Origin: a virus
Lineage: Duplodnaviria > Heunggongvirae > Uroviricota > Caudoviricetes
Strand: one strand, 5' to 3'
IMG/VR virus record: IMGVR_UViG_2534681833_000010
DNA length: 47,819 nt
How positions within the stretch are numbered: the stretch's first letter is position 1; every line of letters starts with the position of its first letter. Positions 46,478 to 47,819 of the stretch are shown here, piece after piece. The notes under the pieces were generated by a model. The model was not told the origin of the DNA and did not search any database. It saw nothing but the letters and a program-made list of their open reading frames with translations. The position numbers and the translations under genes are program-made.

Positions 46478-47803
46478 TGAATCCCCTAATGATTTTGGTA
46501 AAAATCATTAAGTTAAGGTGGATACACATCTTGTCATATGATCAAATGGTTTCGCGAAAAATCAATAATCAGACAACAAGATGTGCGAACTCGATATTTT
46601 ACACGACTCTCTTTACCAATTCTGCCCCGAATTACACTTAAAACGACTCAACAGCTTAACGTTGGCTTGCCACGCATTACTTGACTGTAAAACTCTCACT
46701 CTTACCGAACTTGGCCGTAACCTGCCAACCAAAGCGAGAACAAAACATAACATCAAACGAATCGACCGATTGTTAGGTAATCGTCACCTCCACAAAGAGC
46801 GACTCGCTGTATACCGTTGGCATGCTAGCTTTATCTGTTCGGGCAATACGATGCCCATTGTACTTGTTGACTGGTCTGATATTCGTGAGCAAAAACGACT
46901 TATGGTATTGCGAGCTTCAGTCGCACTACACGGTCGTTCTGTTACTCTTTATGAGAAAGCGTTCCCGCTTTCAGAGCAATGTTCAAAGAAAGCTCATGAC
47001 CAATTTCTAGCCGACCTTGCGAGCATTCTACCGAGTAACACCACACCGCTCATTGTCAGTGATGCTGGCTTTAAAGTGCCATGGTATAAATCCGTTGAGA
47101 AGCTGGGTTGGTACTGGTTAAGTCGAGTAAGAGGAAAAGTACAATATGCAGACCTAGGAGCGGAAAACTGGAAACCTATCAGCAACTTACATGATATGTC
47201 ATCTAGTCACTCAAAGACTTTAGGCTATAAGAGGCTGACTAAAAGCAATCCAATCTCATGCCAAATTCTATTGTATAAATCTCGCTCTAAAGGCCGAAAA
47301 AATCAGCGCTCGACACGGACTCATTGTCACCACCCGTCACCTAAAATCTACTCAGCGTCGGCAAAGGAGCCATGGGTTCTAGCAACTAACTTACCTGTTG
47401 AAATTCGAACACCCAAACAACTTGTTAATATCTATTCGAAGCGAATGCAGATTGAAGAAACCTTCCGAGACTTGAAAAGTCCTGCCTACGGACTAGGCCT
47501 ACGCCATAGCCGAACGAGCAGCTCAGAGCGTTTTGATATCATGCTGCTAATCGCCCTGATGCTTCAACTAACATGTTGGCTTGCGGGCGTTCATGCTCAG
47601 AAACAAGGTTGGGACAAGCACTTCCAGGCTAACACAGTCAGAAATCGAAACGTACTCTCAACAGTTCGCTTAGGCATGGAAGTTTTGCGGCATTCTGGCT
47701 ACACAATAACAAGGGAAGACTTACTCGTGGCTGCAACCCTACTAGCTCAAAATTTATTCACACATGGTTACGCTTTGGGGGAAATTATGAGGGGATCTCT
47801 CAG
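46474..47803 (+). mobile_element. IS10 (Tn10-type, IS4 family)
   Basis: Outside end CTGATGAATCCCCTAATGATTTTGGTAAAAATCATTAAG at 46474; inside end ..GGGGATCTCTCAG ending 47803; no matching 9-bp target duplication. Confidence 0.85.
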
Positions 47804-47819
47804 TGCTCAGCATGTTTGA
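46581..47819 (+). CDS. IS10 transposase (C-terminus altered and extended to window end)
   Basis: MCELDILHDSLYQFCPELHLKRL... recognised as IS10 transposase; run of five G at 47776-47781 where four are recalled shifts the frame at the C-terminus (..GYALGEIMRGSLSAQHV). Confidence 0.8.
   Translation: MCELDILHDSLYQFCPELHLKRLNSLTLACHALLDCKTLTLTELGRNLPTKARTKHNIKRIDRLLGNRHLHKERLAVYRWHASFICSGNTMPIVLVDWSDIREQKRLMVLRASVALHGRSVTLYEKAFPLSEQCSKKAHDQFLADLASILPSNTTPLIVSDAGFKVPWYKSVEKLGWYWLSRVRGKVQYADLGAENWKPISNLHDMSSSHSKTLGYKRLTKSNPISCQILLYKSRSKGRKNQRSTRTHCHHPSPKIYSASAKEPWVLATNLPVEIRTPKQLVNIYSKRMQIEETFRDLKSPAYGLGLRHSRTSSSERFDIMLLIALMLQLTCWLAGVHAQKQGWDKHFQANTVRNRNVLSTVRLGMEVLRHSGYTITREDLLVAATLLAQNLFTHGYALGEIMRGSLSAQHV

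Overview
This 47.8-kb window reads as a segment of a P1-family temperate phage-plasmid (a myovirus that lysogenises as a low-copy plasmid), interrupted by three insertion sequences. All calls rest on reading the sequence and on recalled family knowledge; no database search or computation was possible, and gene names are homology or synteny assignments. Identity evidence: four 15-17/17 matches to the P1 C1-repressor operator consensus ATTGCTCTAATAAATTT; an iteron replicon (repA between 5 upstream and about 8 downstream iterons, GATC cluster, DnaA box) beside parA-parB-parS; a c4/icd/ant immunity module; kilA-repL; a dar operon with holin-like genes; a Sit-like transglycosylase; bifunctional Dmt; an RdgC homolog; three tRNAs (Asn-GUU, Thr-UGU, Ile-CAU); and a DnaB-like ban. 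IS2 (6822-8152) splits a roughly 1400-aa tail-fibre gene, IS186 (24990-26328) sits 22 bp downstream of a hok toxin gene, and IS10 (46474-47803) truncates ban. The invertase next to the fibre gene is a decayed remnant and repL appears frameshifted. The most interesting unexplained signals are: a family of four structured tRNA-like repeat elements among the tRNA genes; a T5orf172/GIY-YIG cassette between incA and parA; and an AT-rich lipoprotein plus secreted coiled-coil pair beside the immunity region.
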